64,000 nt of DNA from Ruminococcus sp. UBA3280 (GCA_002362175.1 DETU01000082.1:19233-83232), one strand, 5' to 3'; counted from the stretch's first letter, positions 37,151-46,889 are shown. A program made the numbers and translations. Notes: a model not told the origin generated them from the letters alone.

Positions 37151-37533
37151 AAAACTGTTTTTCAGTTGCGGTTTTTTGTGTATGTTCTGCAATTTTCGCA
37201 GTTCTGCTGCGACAGCACTGTCATGAACAGTCACTTATGATTGCACTTGCGGCGTGTGTTGCTGTAATTGGCGGATTCATGATATTTCTTGCTCCGCTTG
37301 TTTCGGAGGTACGGGACATATTTTCTAATGCAGGTATATCAGACAGCTATATTTCACTCATTTTCAAAGCTGCTGCGGTGTGTTTCATAACGCAGATAAC
37401 GTGTGAGATATGTCGTGACAGCGGAGAAAATGCCATTGCATCAGCGGCTGAAATGTGGGGAAGAGGAGCGGTCACGTTCATGAGCCTGCCTGTACTCAAA
37501 GCACTCCTCGAAAGAATAAATGAAATAATATAG
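37144..37533 (+). CDS. spoIIIAD: Stage III sporulation protein AD
   Basis: EICRDSGENAIAS..E; operon position. Confidence 0.88.
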   Translation: MVENCFSVAVFCVCSAIFAVLLRQHCHEQSLMIALAACVAVIGGFMIFLAPLVSEVRDIFSNAGISDSYISLIFKAAAVCFITQITCEICRDSGENAIASAAEMWGRGAVTFMSLPVLKALLERINEII

Positions 37534-37540
37534 GACAAGT

Positions 37541-38635
37541 ATGAAAAGATTAATAATTATACCAATTATGTTTTTGGTTTTGCTGACTATGTTTTGTCCG
37601 CTGTATAGTTTTGCCGTCGAATATACAGACAGTGAAACGGAAATAGGACAGCAGATTGATGAGATTATGTCGGATTATGATATTGGTTACAGTTACGGAG
37701 ACATCAGCGGTCTTTCACTTGGCGAACTTATAACAATGGTAAAGGATTCATTTGTTGCAAGAATTTCTGCACCGCTGAAAGTTTTCAGGACAATTATAAT
37801 TGTTGTTTTGTTTACAGCGGTAATGAAAAGTGCGGGTGAAAGTATTTTTACTTCGGGGTCGTCAAGTCTTTACAATATGATTTGCGTGATGACAGCGGTT
37901 ACTGTTATTATGCCGCAGCTTTTTACGGTTTATGAAGAATCACTGACGGCTATTGAACGCGGAGGAAGTTTCATTTTGGTTTTTGTACCTGTTTTTACGG
38001 GGATTACTGTTGCAAGCGGAGGTATAACGACCGCAGGAATTTATAACATTCTTATACTCGGAGCATCAGAACTTATAGTAGAACTTTCACGTCATTTTCT
38101 GATTCCCGTACTAAGTATAACCGCAGTGCTGGCGGTTTCGGGAAGTATTTTTCCGAATGTTTCACTTGAAAGCATAGTAGGTCTGCTGAAAAAAATAATC
38201 ACATGGGGCATGACAATTTCAATGACGCTTTTTACTGGATTTGTTTCCATGAAGTGTACATTAGGTGGAAAGGCGGACGGCGTTGCAACCAAAACCGCAA
38301 GATTTCTGATTTCGGGAACTGTTCCTGTTGTCGGGGGAGCTGTCTCGGACGCATATGCAACGGTTAAAAGCAGTTTTGACGTTATTCAGGGAACAGTGGG
38401 AACGGTCGGTGTTATTGCTATAATTGTAATAATGTTACCACCTGTTCTTGAACTTCTCATATTTCGCTGTATAATGTGGACGGGAACGGCTGCGGCAGAA
38501 CTTTTTTCGGCAGACCCTCTTGTGAAACTCATGAAAGGTATTGACAGTGGTCTTGCCGTTGCACAGAGTGTGCTTGTCTGTTATTCGGTAATTTTTATTC
38601 TTTGTACGGGAATACTTATGAAATGTCTTACATAG
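37541..38635 (+). CDS. spoIIIAE: Stage III sporulation protein AE
   Basis: Multi-TM; KTARF.IS..VPVVGGAVSDA. Confidence 0.88.
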   Translation: MKRLIIIPIMFLVLLTMFCPLYSFAVEYTDSETEIGQQIDEIMSDYDIGYSYGDISGLSLGELITMVKDSFVARISAPLKVFRTIIIVVLFTAVMKSAGESIFTSGSSSLYNMICVMTAVTVIMPQLFTVYEESLTAIERGGSFILVFVPVFTGITVASGGITTAGIYNILILGASELIVELSRHFLIPVLSITAVLAVSGSIFPNVSLESIVGLLKKIITWGMTISMTLFTGFVSMKCTLGGKADGVATKTARFLISGTVPVVGGAVSDAYATVKSSFDVIQGTVGTVGVIAIIVIMLPPVLELLIFRCIMWTGTAAAELFSADPLVKLMKGIDSGLAVAQSVLVCYSVIFILCTGILMKCLT

Positions 38636-38644
38636 GAGGGAAAA

Positions 38645-39100
38645 ATGGAAGATTTCAAAAATGCGGTAATGGCGGTCTGCATAGTTTCGGCAGGGGTTTG
38701 TATGATTGAGAATATGGTGTCGGGTACAAAGCTTAAATCACAGATGAAGCTTTTACTGAATCTGACTGTTGCTTCTGTTCTGATAGCATCGTTTACAAAA
38801 GGCGGAATATCTTTTGAACTACCTGCTTTTCCTTCTTATGATGCCGAAGAATACAGTTATTCGGTTTATTCGGAGGAACTGTGCAGACAGACAGCCGAAA
38901 ATGTTTCGGGAATACTGCTTGAACACCTTTCTGCCGCCGGAATAAATTGCAGTAAAATTGAAACAGAAGTTAATATTTCTGATGACAACAGCATATTTAT
39001 TAGTAAGGTCACAATCAGTGCGGACGATTTTGGAAAAGCGGCTGAAATAATCAGGAACAGTATTGGCAGTGATACGGAGGTAATTAATGGAGATTACTGA
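38645..39100 (+). CDS. spoIIIAF: Stage III sporulation protein AF (divergent)
   Basis: Two N-terminal TMs; lies between AE and AG. Confidence 0.65.
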   Translation: MEDFKNAVMAVCIVSAGVCMIENMVSGTKLKSQMKLLLNLTVASVLIASFTKGGISFELPAFPSYDAEEYSYSVYSEELCRQTAENVSGILLEHLSAAGINCSKIETEVNISDDNSIFISKVTISADDFGKAAEIIRNSIGSDTEVINGDY

Positions 39101-39617
39101 AAAGTTCAGGAATATGTCAAAGGACAAAAGAATGATGACAGCGGTTACAATTCTTGGAATAGCGGGTCTTGTACTGATAATGGTATCATCGCTTGTGCCT
39201 GAAAAGAAGAAAACGGACGAGTTGGAAAGTAAAGCTGTTGAGGAGGTTATTTGTGCGGAAGATTACCGCATTGAAACAGAAAAACGGCTTGAGGACTTTC
39301 TGGGTAGTATAGACGGGGCAGGTGATGTGAAAGTGTACCTTACGGTTGGAAGTGATGAGAGATACGTTTATGCAACCGAGGGCAGAAGAAGCAAATCTGA
39401 AAACAAGACGGAGGAGGAAAGAAAATATGTGATGATTGGCGGAGGAAGTGACAAGTCTGCACTTATTGAGACAGTTGAAACTCCTGCAATAACAGGTGCG
39501 GTAATTGCGTGCAGCGGATTTGACAGTCCTGCGGTGCAGGAGCAGATTTACAGGGCGGTTTCGGCTGCTCTTGGGATTCCCACAGGGAAAATATATGTAA
39601 CAAAACTGAAACGGTAA
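39087..39617 (+). CDS. spoIIIAG: Stage III sporulation protein AG
   Basis: E.RLE..L..I.GAG.VKV.LT, P.I.GAVIAC.G, I.RAVS..LGIP..KIYV. Confidence 0.85.
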   Translation: MEITEKFRNMSKDKRMMTAVTILGIAGLVLIMVSSLVPEKKKTDELESKAVEEVICAEDYRIETEKRLEDFLGSIDGAGDVKVYLTVGSDERYVYATEGRRSKSENKTEEERKYVMIGGGSDKSALIETVETPAITGAVIACSGFDSPAVQEQIYRAVSAALGIPTGKIYVTKLKR

Positions 39618-39630
39618 AGGAGATAAATTT

Positions 39631-40191
39631 ATGAAAAAACCATCTGTAATTATAGGAAAAAAACAAATAATAATGACCTGTCTTACCCTTATGCTTGCGA
39701 TAGCAGTATACATAAACTATGCGGCAGCTCCGAAAATTTCTGATGATAACGAAACAAAAACAGTTACTGCCAAAAATGACACCGTAAGTTACGGTGAAAC
39801 GGAATTTGTAAATGCCGAAACAGAATCAGTAAATGCAGATACGTCTGATTATTTTGCTCAGGCACGTCTTGACAAGATGAATAACCGTGATACAGCCGTA
39901 CAGACTTTACAGTCAATAATCGGCGGTGGTGACATAACAGAGGACGAAATGGTTATGAATGCACTTGACGCTGTTGAAGTTTCAAAGCTGATTGAATCGG
40001 AGGGAACTATTGAATCTCTCATAAAAGCACAGGGTTTTGATGACTGTGTTGCTTATCTTGATGGTGAAACAGCTAAAGTTGTAATCAAGACAGAGGGGCT
40101 TGACAAGGCTCAGGCTGCATCTATAAAAGAGATAATTCTTGACGAAACAGAAGTTTCAGCAGAAAATATCAGAATTTTTGAAGTAAAGTAG
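39631..40191 (+). CDS. spoIIIAH: Stage III sporulation protein AH
   Basis: L.LMLAIAVYIN, YFAQARL, IE.LIKA.GF.DCV. Confidence 0.88.
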   Translation: MKKPSVIIGKKQIIMTCLTLMLAIAVYINYAAAPKISDDNETKTVTAKNDTVSYGETEFVNAETESVNADTSDYFAQARLDKMNNRDTAVQTLQSIIGGGDITEDEMVMNALDAVEVSKLIESEGTIESLIKAQGFDDCVAYLDGETAKVVIKTEGLDKAQAASIKEIILDETEVSAENIRIFEVK

Positions 40192-40283
40192 TTGTACAAA
40201 CTGAATTTTTTTGGTATAATATAAAGTGAGGTGTTACAGACACAAAAATTAAAAAAATTATGTAAAGATACGGAGGTTGAAAA

Positions 40284-40619
40284 ATGGAAGTTGTTCAGGA
40301 AAATGTTAACAGCAGACTGAAAATATCAGATGATGTTATAATTACCGTTACAAGACTGGCTGCCCTTGATGTAAAAGGGGTGGCTAGTCTGAACGGTGAA
40401 ATAAATACATTGAGCAGGATTAAGAAAAATGGTCCTGTTCATGTAAGTATGATTGAAGATGTAGCCGCCATAAACGTTGAAATCAAGGTAAAAGGCGGAG
40501 AAAAAGCCTGTGCTGTTGCTGAGGAAGTTCAGAAAGCCGTCAAGGAAAATGTGCAGAATATGACGGGTATTCCTGTAGCAAGGGTAAATGTAACAATAAG
40601 CGGAGCAGTATTTGATTAA
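40284..40619 (+). CDS. Asp23/Gls24 family protein (YqhY-like)
   Basis: LKIS.DVI, VQ..VKE.V.NMTG..V..VNV; precedes nusB. Confidence 0.88.
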   Translation: MEVVQENVNSRLKISDDVIITVTRLAALDVKGVASLNGEINTLSRIKKNGPVHVSMIEDVAAINVEIKVKGGEKACAVAEEVQKAVKENVQNMTGIPVARVNVTISGAVFD

Positions 40620-40633
40620 AAGGAGAAATTAAA

Positions 40634-41050
40634 ATGACAAGACGTGAAATAAGAGACAACGCTTTCAAGCTGGTTTTTGAACAGCTTCTGCGTGATGATG
40701 ACGTTAATGAACTTTATGACATTGCAGAGGAAATTGAAGAAATAAATGTTAATGATGATGTTAAGAAAATCGTTGAGGGAACTATTGAACACAGTGAAGA
40801 ACTTGACAGAATTATTTCCGGTTACAGCAAGTCAAGAAGTATTGCAAGAATTTCAAAGCTGAATCTTGCCATACTCAGAATTGCTTTGTTTGAATCAATC
40901 CATGACGACAAAACACCTGTAAACGTTGCTATAAGCGAAGCAGTAAATCTTGCGGAAATTTACGCATATACCGAAGATATTTCGTTTATCAACGGCGTTT
41001 TAGGTGCATTTTCACGTGATTCCAAAAAGGAAGAAAATAAAGATGCCTGA
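40634..41050 (+). CDS. nusB: Transcription antitermination factor NusB
   Basis: MTRREIR, AILRIALFE, P.NVAISEAV.LA, FINGVLG. Confidence 0.95.
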   Translation: MTRREIRDNAFKLVFEQLLRDDDVNELYDIAEEIEEINVNDDVKKIVEGTIEHSEELDRIISGYSKSRSIARISKLNLAILRIALFESIHDDKTPVNVAISEAVNLAEIYAYTEDISFINGVLGAFSRDSKKEENKDA

Positions 41051-41990
41051 TTTTCTCGGAATTGATACAAGCAATTATACAACATCAGTAGCGGTCTATG
41101 TGAGTGAGGAAAACAGGATTTACCAGTCTAAAAAGCTTCTGCCCGTAAAGGACGGTGAACTTGGTCTGAGACAAAGTGACGCTGTTTTTCACCACACAAA
41201 ACAGTTGCCCGAAATGATTGAAAGGCTTTATTCCGAAAATTCTCTCGGAAATTCGTCTGTAGTTTCAGCGTCTGTACGTCCGAGAAATACAGAGGGTTCA
41301 TATATGCCGTGTTTTCTTTGTGGTGAGGGATTCGCACGTTCGTTGTCTGCGATTGGAAAAATACCGTTTTATTCCACTTCTCATCAGGTGGGACACATTC
41401 TTGCCGTACTTTATTCTGTGGACAGGCTTGAACTTGTAAAGGAAAAATTTATTGCTTTTCATGTCAGCGGTGGCACGACGGACTGTCTGCTTTGTGAACC
41501 TGACGGAAACGATATTCTGAAAATCTCGGAAATCGGTACTTCACTTGATTTGAAAGCAGGACAAGCAGTTGACCGTGTGGGGTTAATGCTTGGACTGAAA
41601 TTTCCATGCGGTTTAGAGTTGGAAAATCTTGCCAATAATTCAGATAAAAAATATAAAGTAAAAGCCGTTTTGAAAGGGACGGACTGTTGTCTTTCAGGAC
41701 TTGAGAACAAGTGCCATAAAATGCTTGACGACGGTGAAAATCCTGAAAATATTGCCCGTTATTGTCTTGATTTTATTGCGGAGACAGTTATTTCCATGAC
41801 TGATGAAGCAACGAAAATTCACGGAAATCTTCCGCTTGTTTTTGCTGGTGGTGTTATGTCTGATGTGATTATCAGTCAGAAAATTATTTCCCGTTTCGGA
41901 AAAGCGTCTTTTGCAAAGCCCGAATTTTCATGCGACAATGCGACAGGAGTGGCGATATACGGTTATCTGAAAAGTATGGGAGAAATATAG
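41043..41990 (+). CDS. TsaD/Kae1-like ASKHA-fold protein (divergent paralog)
   Basis: LGIDTSNYTTS, SHQVGH, HVSGGTT, AGQAVDRVG..LGL.FP.G, FAGGV, DNA.GVA. Confidence 0.75.
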   Translation: MPDFLGIDTSNYTTSVAVYVSEENRIYQSKKLLPVKDGELGLRQSDAVFHHTKQLPEMIERLYSENSLGNSSVVSASVRPRNTEGSYMPCFLCGEGFARSLSAIGKIPFYSTSHQVGHILAVLYSVDRLELVKEKFIAFHVSGGTTDCLLCEPDGNDILKISEIGTSLDLKAGQAVDRVGLMLGLKFPCGLELENLANNSDKKYKVKAVLKGTDCCLSGLENKCHKMLDDGENPENIARYCLDFIAETVISMTDEATKIHGNLPLVFAGGVMSDVIISQKIISRFGKASFAKPEFSCDNATGVAIYGYLKSMGEI

Positions 41991-43046
41991 ATGTCTGTTG
42001 TAACAGTCACACAAATAAATAAGTATATCGGATTTCTTCTTAAAGGCGACCGTAATCTCGGTGATGTTATGATTAAGGGAGAAATTTCCGATTGTGTGAA
42101 TCATTCGATAAGCGGTCACTGCTATTTTACGCTTAAAGACGACAAAAGCAGTATAAAGGCGGTAATGTTTTCGTCTGATGTAAAAAGGCTGAATTTTATT
42201 CTCAAAAATGGTATGGCTGTTGTTGTTAAGGGAAGAACGGCGGTTTTTGAGCGTGACGGCGTATATCAGATTTATGTAAAGGATATTATCGCCGATGGTA
42301 AGGGAAAACAGATTACCGCTCTTGAAAAGCTGAAAGACAAACTTTCTGCGGAAGGTTTGTTTTCATTGGCACATAAACGTAAAATTCCCGAAATGCCGAG
42401 AAAAATCGGTGTTGTAACGTCTCTTGACGGTGCGGCGGTACGGGATATAATAAATGTTGTTTCAAGACGTTATCCGATTTGTGAAATTTATGCGGTAAAT
42501 ACTGTTGTACAGGGTGAAAATGCTCCTGATTCGGTTTGCAGTGGAATTTTAAAAGCGGAAATCGCAGGCTGTGATGTTATAATTGTCGGTAGGGGCGGAG
42601 GGTCTCACGAAGATTTGAGTGCTTTTGACACTGAAAAAGTTGCACGTGCTGTTTATAACTCTAAAGTACCTGTTATTTCGGCTGTTGGTCATGAAACTGA
42701 TTTTACAATTACAGACCTTGTTGCCGACATCAGAACACCTACACCGTCAGCCGCTGCGGAAATTGCCGTGCCGTCAGTTCAGACGCTTTATGAAAGAATA
42801 GCTGTTCTTGAAAAACGTTCATTAAATGCATTTGAACGTTATACGGACAATCTTGAAAATCAGCTTAATCAGAAAATTACGGAAATTGATTTGCTTAGTC
42901 CGCTTAAAATTCTTATGAGGGGGTATTCTCTTACTTGTAAGGACGGCAGACCCGTGAAATCGTCAGAAGAAGTTTCGGAGGGCGGACGTGTTGAAATACA
43001 TTTCGGTAAAGGCGGAGCAGAGGCGGAAATTATCAGCAGATGGTGA
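41991..43046 (+). CDS. xseA: Exodeoxyribonuclease VII large subunit (short)
   Basis: GEIS, SGHCYFTLKD, VGRGGGS.EDL.AF, SAVGHETD, TPTPSAAAE, LSPL.IL.RGYS. Confidence 0.93.
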   Translation: MSVVTVTQINKYIGFLLKGDRNLGDVMIKGEISDCVNHSISGHCYFTLKDDKSSIKAVMFSSDVKRLNFILKNGMAVVVKGRTAVFERDGVYQIYVKDIIADGKGKQITALEKLKDKLSAEGLFSLAHKRKIPEMPRKIGVVTSLDGAAVRDIINVVSRRYPICEIYAVNTVVQGENAPDSVCSGILKAEIAGCDVIIVGRGGGSHEDLSAFDTEKVARAVYNSKVPVISAVGHETDFTITDLVADIRTPTPSAAAEIAVPSVQTLYERIAVLEKRSLNAFERYTDNLENQLNQKITEIDLLSPLKILMRGYSLTCKDGRPVKSSEEVSEGGRVEIHFGKGGAEAEIISRW

Positions 43047-43050
43047 GGCA

Positions 43051-43254
43051 ATGGAAGAAAAAACAACGTTTGAAGAAAATTTAAAAAAACTTGGAGAAAT
43101 AGCGGAAGTACTTGAAAAAGGAGAAATTCCGCTTGAAAAGGCTGTCGAACTTTACAGCGAGAGTGTTAAAATTGCATCGTTATGCAGAAAACAGCTTGAC
43201 GATGCCAAAATTAAAATTACGGAGGACGGCGGAGGTATACTGCCGGAAAATTAA
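43051..43254 (+). CDS. xseB: Exodeoxyribonuclease VII small subunit
   Basis: TFEENL..L.EI...LE.GE.PLE....LY. Confidence 0.9.
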   Translation: MEEKTTFEENLKKLGEIAEVLEKGEIPLEKAVELYSESVKIASLCRKQLDDAKIKITEDGGGILPEN

Positions 43255-43255
43255 T

Positions 43256-44146
43256 ATGACTGATTTTAAAAGTAAATTTGCGGAATATATTGACTATACG
43301 GAAAATATTCTTGTAAAATATAATGTTCATACACCTGAAACAGAACCGCAGAAAAATCTTATTGATGCTATGAATTATTCTCTTGAAGCTGGCGGAAAAC
43401 GTATACGTCCTGTTCTTGTATACGCTTTTTGTGAAGCACTTGGAACAGATTACAAAAAAGCAGCAGCTCCTGCGTGTGCTATCGAAATGATACATACGTT
43501 TTCGCTGATTCACGATGATTTGCCGTCAATGGACAATGACGATTTCAGGCGTGGAAAACCGTCGTGTCACAAGGCTTTCGGTGAAGATATGGCTATCCTT
43601 GCAGGCGACGCTCTTTCCGTTCTGCCGTTCGGAATTATTGCAGACGATAATTATCTTTCCTCCGAGCAGAAAATAAGAATCATATCAGAACTTGCAAAAG
43701 CTGTGGGAAAAGACGGCATGATTGGCGGTCAGGTTATTGACATGGAAAATGAAAAGAAAAACAATGTTGATGAAAATAATCTCCGCAATATGTACCGCTG
43801 TAAAACGGGTCAGCTTATAGCAGTTTCGTGTATTATGGGCTGTATCTGTGCGGGTGCGGACGAGGATATTATAAATACCGCTTCCGAATACGGTTTTAAA
43901 CTCGGACTTGCTTTTCAGATTATTGATGATATACTTGATGTTACAGGAAATACCGAAGAAATAGGAAAACCCGTCGGCAGTGACGCAGAAGAAAACAAAA
44001 CAACTTTCGTTACTCTTTACGGAGTGGAAAAGGCACAGGAAATCGCAGATAAAATTACGGCTGAGGCAATTGAATGTCTCGGAAAAATCGGAAACAGTGA
44101 TTTTCTTGTTGAACTTACGGAAATGTTGCTTAAAAGGAAAAAATAA
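43256..44146 (+). CDS. ispA: Farnesyl/geranyl diphosphate synthase
   Basis: GGKRIRP, SLIHDDLPSMDNDDFRRGKP, FQIIDDILD. Confidence 0.93.
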   Translation: MTDFKSKFAEYIDYTENILVKYNVHTPETEPQKNLIDAMNYSLEAGGKRIRPVLVYAFCEALGTDYKKAAAPACAIEMIHTFSLIHDDLPSMDNDDFRRGKPSCHKAFGEDMAILAGDALSVLPFGIIADDNYLSSEQKIRIISELAKAVGKDGMIGGQVIDMENEKKNNVDENNLRNMYRCKTGQLIAVSCIMGCICAGADEDIINTASEYGFKLGLAFQIIDDILDVTGNTEEIGKPVGSDAEENKTTFVTLYGVEKAQEIADKITAEAIECLGKIGNSDFLVELTEMLLKRKK

Positions 44147-44185
44147 TGAAAAGGAGCTGCGGATTTTTTATCCGCATTATATAAA

Positions 44186-46084
44186 ATGAATGAATACGAA
44201 AAATCAGATGCAGACATAAGTTTGTCAGAACTCAATCTGCCGAAAGACCTGAAAAAATTATCTCTGAAACAGTGTGAATCACTATGCGGTGAAATAAGGG
44301 AAATGCTTATATCAACAATATCAAAGAACGGCGGACATCTTGCTTCAAATCTTGGTGTTGTCGAGCTTACAATGGCGATTCACCGCAGTTTCAATTCTCC
44401 TGACGATAAAATAATATGGGACGTTGGTCATCAGGCTTATGTCCATAAAATTCTTACAGGACGTGCAGACAAATTTTCAACCATAAGACAGGAAAACGGA
44501 ATTTCAGGTTTTCCGAAACCTGAGGAATCTGTTCACGATGTTTATATAAGCGGTCACAGCAGTACCTCCGTTTCGGTTGCCTGCGGAATTGCCGAAGCTA
44601 TGAAACTTCAGAGAAAGGATAATTATACGGTTGCTGTTATCGGAGATGGTGCAATGACGGGCGGAATGTTCTATGAGGCAATGAATAATGCAGGAAAAGA
44701 ACGCAGAAGCAATATGATTGTTATTCTTAACGATAATGATATGTCAATTTCAAAAAACGTAGGTGCGTTGTCAAAACATCTGACCAATTTAAGCCGTTCG
44801 GAGCAGTATATTTCAACAAAGAAAAACGTTGAAAATACACTCCATGCCATTCCTGTTCTTGGCAAACCTGTTGCAAGGGGAATAAAGATAACAAAGGACG
44901 CTGTTAAATATAAGATTCTTGAACAGAGTTCTATGTTTGAAAATATGGGATTTGTATATCTCGGACCGGTTAACGGGCATAATCTTTCCGACCTTGAAAG
45001 AGTTATACGCAGAGCTAAAGCCTGTCATAAGCCTGTTGTTATTCATGTGAAAACCAAAAAAGGAAAAGGTTACGAACCGGCTGAAAAAAATCCCGGTGAA
45101 TACCACGGTATTTCAAAATTTGATATTGAAACGGGAAACCCCGAAGTTTCGGCTGATAAATGTTATTCGACTGTTTTCGGAAAGGAACTTGTAAAGCTTG
45201 CTGAAAAAGATGACAGAATCTGTGCGGTTACTGCGGCTATGAAGTACGGTACGGGTTTACAGTTTTTCAGCAAACGTTTTCCTGAAAGATTCTATGATGT
45301 AGGTATTGCGGAACAGCACGCCGTCACATTCTGCGGAGGTCTTGCAGTTATGGGACAGATACCTGTTTTAGCCGTATATTCAAGTTTTTTACAGCGTGCA
45401 TATGACCAGCTTGTTCATGATGTTTCTATAGGAAAACTTCATGTTGTACTTGCCGTTGACCGTGCAGGAGTTGTAGGTGAGGACGGTGAAACGCATCAGG
45501 GCATTTTTGATGTGCCTATGCTTACCACAATACCTGATACTGTGATATATTCGCCATCGTGCTATGACGAGCTTAAACTTTGTATGAAAAAGGCAATTTA
45601 TACTAATAAATGTATAACTGCCATACGTTATCCGAGAGGTTCGGAAGAAGTATCGTTCAACCGTGATTATCTTAGTACGGAATATCTCTTTATCCGTAAT
45701 GAAAAAAGCGATACCCTTATTATAACATACGGCAGACTTTACAATGAAGCTTATAAAGCACAGAGTATTCTGAGCGGTGACGGAATAAATTGTGATTTGT
45801 TGAAACTTACAAAAATATATCCAATCAGCCGTGATATTACGGACGAGATAAAGAAATACAAACGTATAATTTTCTTTGAGGAATCAATAGGCTCGGGAAG
45901 TATTTCCGAAAAAACAGGAAGCAGACTCGCAGAATGTGGATATTCGGGAGACTACAGCAGAGTTGCGATAGACGGCTATGTGAAACAGGCATCTGTAAAA
46001 TCGTCTCTTGAAAAGCTTGGTTTTACGTGTAAGAAAATGGCTGAATATGTACAAAAGAGGTGTATGACCGATGGCAAGGCTTGA
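44186..46084 (+). CDS. dxs: 1-deoxy-D-xylulose-5-phosphate synthase
   Basis: GGHLASNLGVVEL, WDVGHQ.Y.HKILTGR, GDGAMTGG, DVGIAEQHA, DG.THQG. Confidence 0.97.
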   Translation: MNEYEKSDADISLSELNLPKDLKKLSLKQCESLCGEIREMLISTISKNGGHLASNLGVVELTMAIHRSFNSPDDKIIWDVGHQAYVHKILTGRADKFSTIRQENGISGFPKPEESVHDVYISGHSSTSVSVACGIAEAMKLQRKDNYTVAVIGDGAMTGGMFYEAMNNAGKERRSNMIVILNDNDMSISKNVGALSKHLTNLSRSEQYISTKKNVENTLHAIPVLGKPVARGIKITKDAVKYKILEQSSMFENMGFVYLGPVNGHNLSDLERVIRRAKACHKPVVIHVKTKKGKGYEPAEKNPGEYHGISKFDIETGNPEVSADKCYSTVFGKELVKLAEKDDRICAVTAAMKYGTGLQFFSKRFPERFYDVGIAEQHAVTFCGGLAVMGQIPVLAVYSSFLQRAYDQLVHDVSIGKLHVVLAVDRAGVVGEDGETHQGIFDVPMLTTIPDTVIYSPSCYDELKLCMKKAIYTNKCITAIRYPRGSEEVSFNRDYLSTEYLFIRNEKSDTLIITYGRLYNEAYKAQSILSGDGINCDLLKLTKIYPISRDITDEIKKYKRIIFFEESIGSGSISEKTGSRLAECGYSGDYSRVAIDGYVKQASVKSSLEKLGFTCKKMAEYVQKRCMTDGKA

Positions 46085-46889
46085 TACGGAAATTGTTTCA
46101 CGTGGAATTGCCCGAAGCCGTGAACGTGCAAAAGAGATGATAAAATCAGGAAATATAACGGTAAATTCCGTAAAGGCAAGAAAAGCGTCTGCGGAAGTTT
46201 CCGAAGATGATGTTATTGAATCGTCCGAAAAGGAGTTATATGTTGGTAGAGGGGCATTGAAAATTGAAAAGGCTATGACGGTATTCGGGCTTGATTTTTC
46301 GGGAAACGTCTGTCTTGACATAGGTGCGTCAACAGGTGGATTTACTGATTTTATGCTTAAAAACGGAGCAGAAAAAGTATTTGCGGTTGATGTCGGTCAT
46401 GGTCAGCTTGCCGGTTCTTTGAGAGACGACAACAGGGTTGTGAATCTTGAAAGAACGGATATACGTAAAGTTACTCCCGAAATGCTTGGCGGTTTAGTTG
46501 ACTTTATTTCAGCAGATGTTTCATTTATTTCGATTAAAATGATTCTTCCTAAACTCTTTGAACTTCTGAAAGACGGAGCAAATGCAGTTGTACTTATAAA
46601 ACCGCAGTTTGAGGCAGGAAAAAAGGACATAGGAAAACACGGGATTGTCCGTGACAGAAAAGTTCATGAGCGTGTACTTTCGGAAATTGACGCATCTGTA
46701 GCAGGAGCAGGGTTATTTGCCGTTGATTATACATTTTCTCCCGTAAAGGGCGGAAGCGGTAATATAGAGTACCTCGCAGAACTGCGGAAAACGTCTGAAA
46801 CGCCGTTGATACGCAATTTTAAGGAACTTGTGGAAAACTCATTCAGTAAATTAAAGGAGCAGTCTTATGAAAGCGGCATTGTATCCTAA
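46071..46889 (+). CDS. tlyA: TlyA family rRNA methyltransferase
   Basis: S4 domain, YVGRGALK, DIGASTGGFTD, DVSFIS, IKPQFE, GNIEY. Confidence 0.93.
   Translation: MARLDTEIVSRGIARSRERAKEMIKSGNITVNSVKARKASAEVSEDDVIESSEKELYVGRGALKIEKAMTVFGLDFSGNVCLDIGASTGGFTDFMLKNGAEKVFAVDVGHGQLAGSLRDDNRVVNLERTDIRKVTPEMLGGLVDFISADVSFISIKMILPKLFELLKDGANAVVLIKPQFEAGKKDIGKHGIVRDRKVHERVLSEIDASVAGAGLFAVDYTFSPVKGGSGNIEYLAELRKTSETPLIRNFKELVENSFSKLKEQSYESGIVS

Noticed and set aside
42988-43255. Long N-terminal extensions in the ORF track for xseB, ispA, hsdS, bioY and the P-type ATPase
   Set aside because: Downstream starts match family N-termini and mostly have better RBSs; the extensions overlap upstream genes or promoters.
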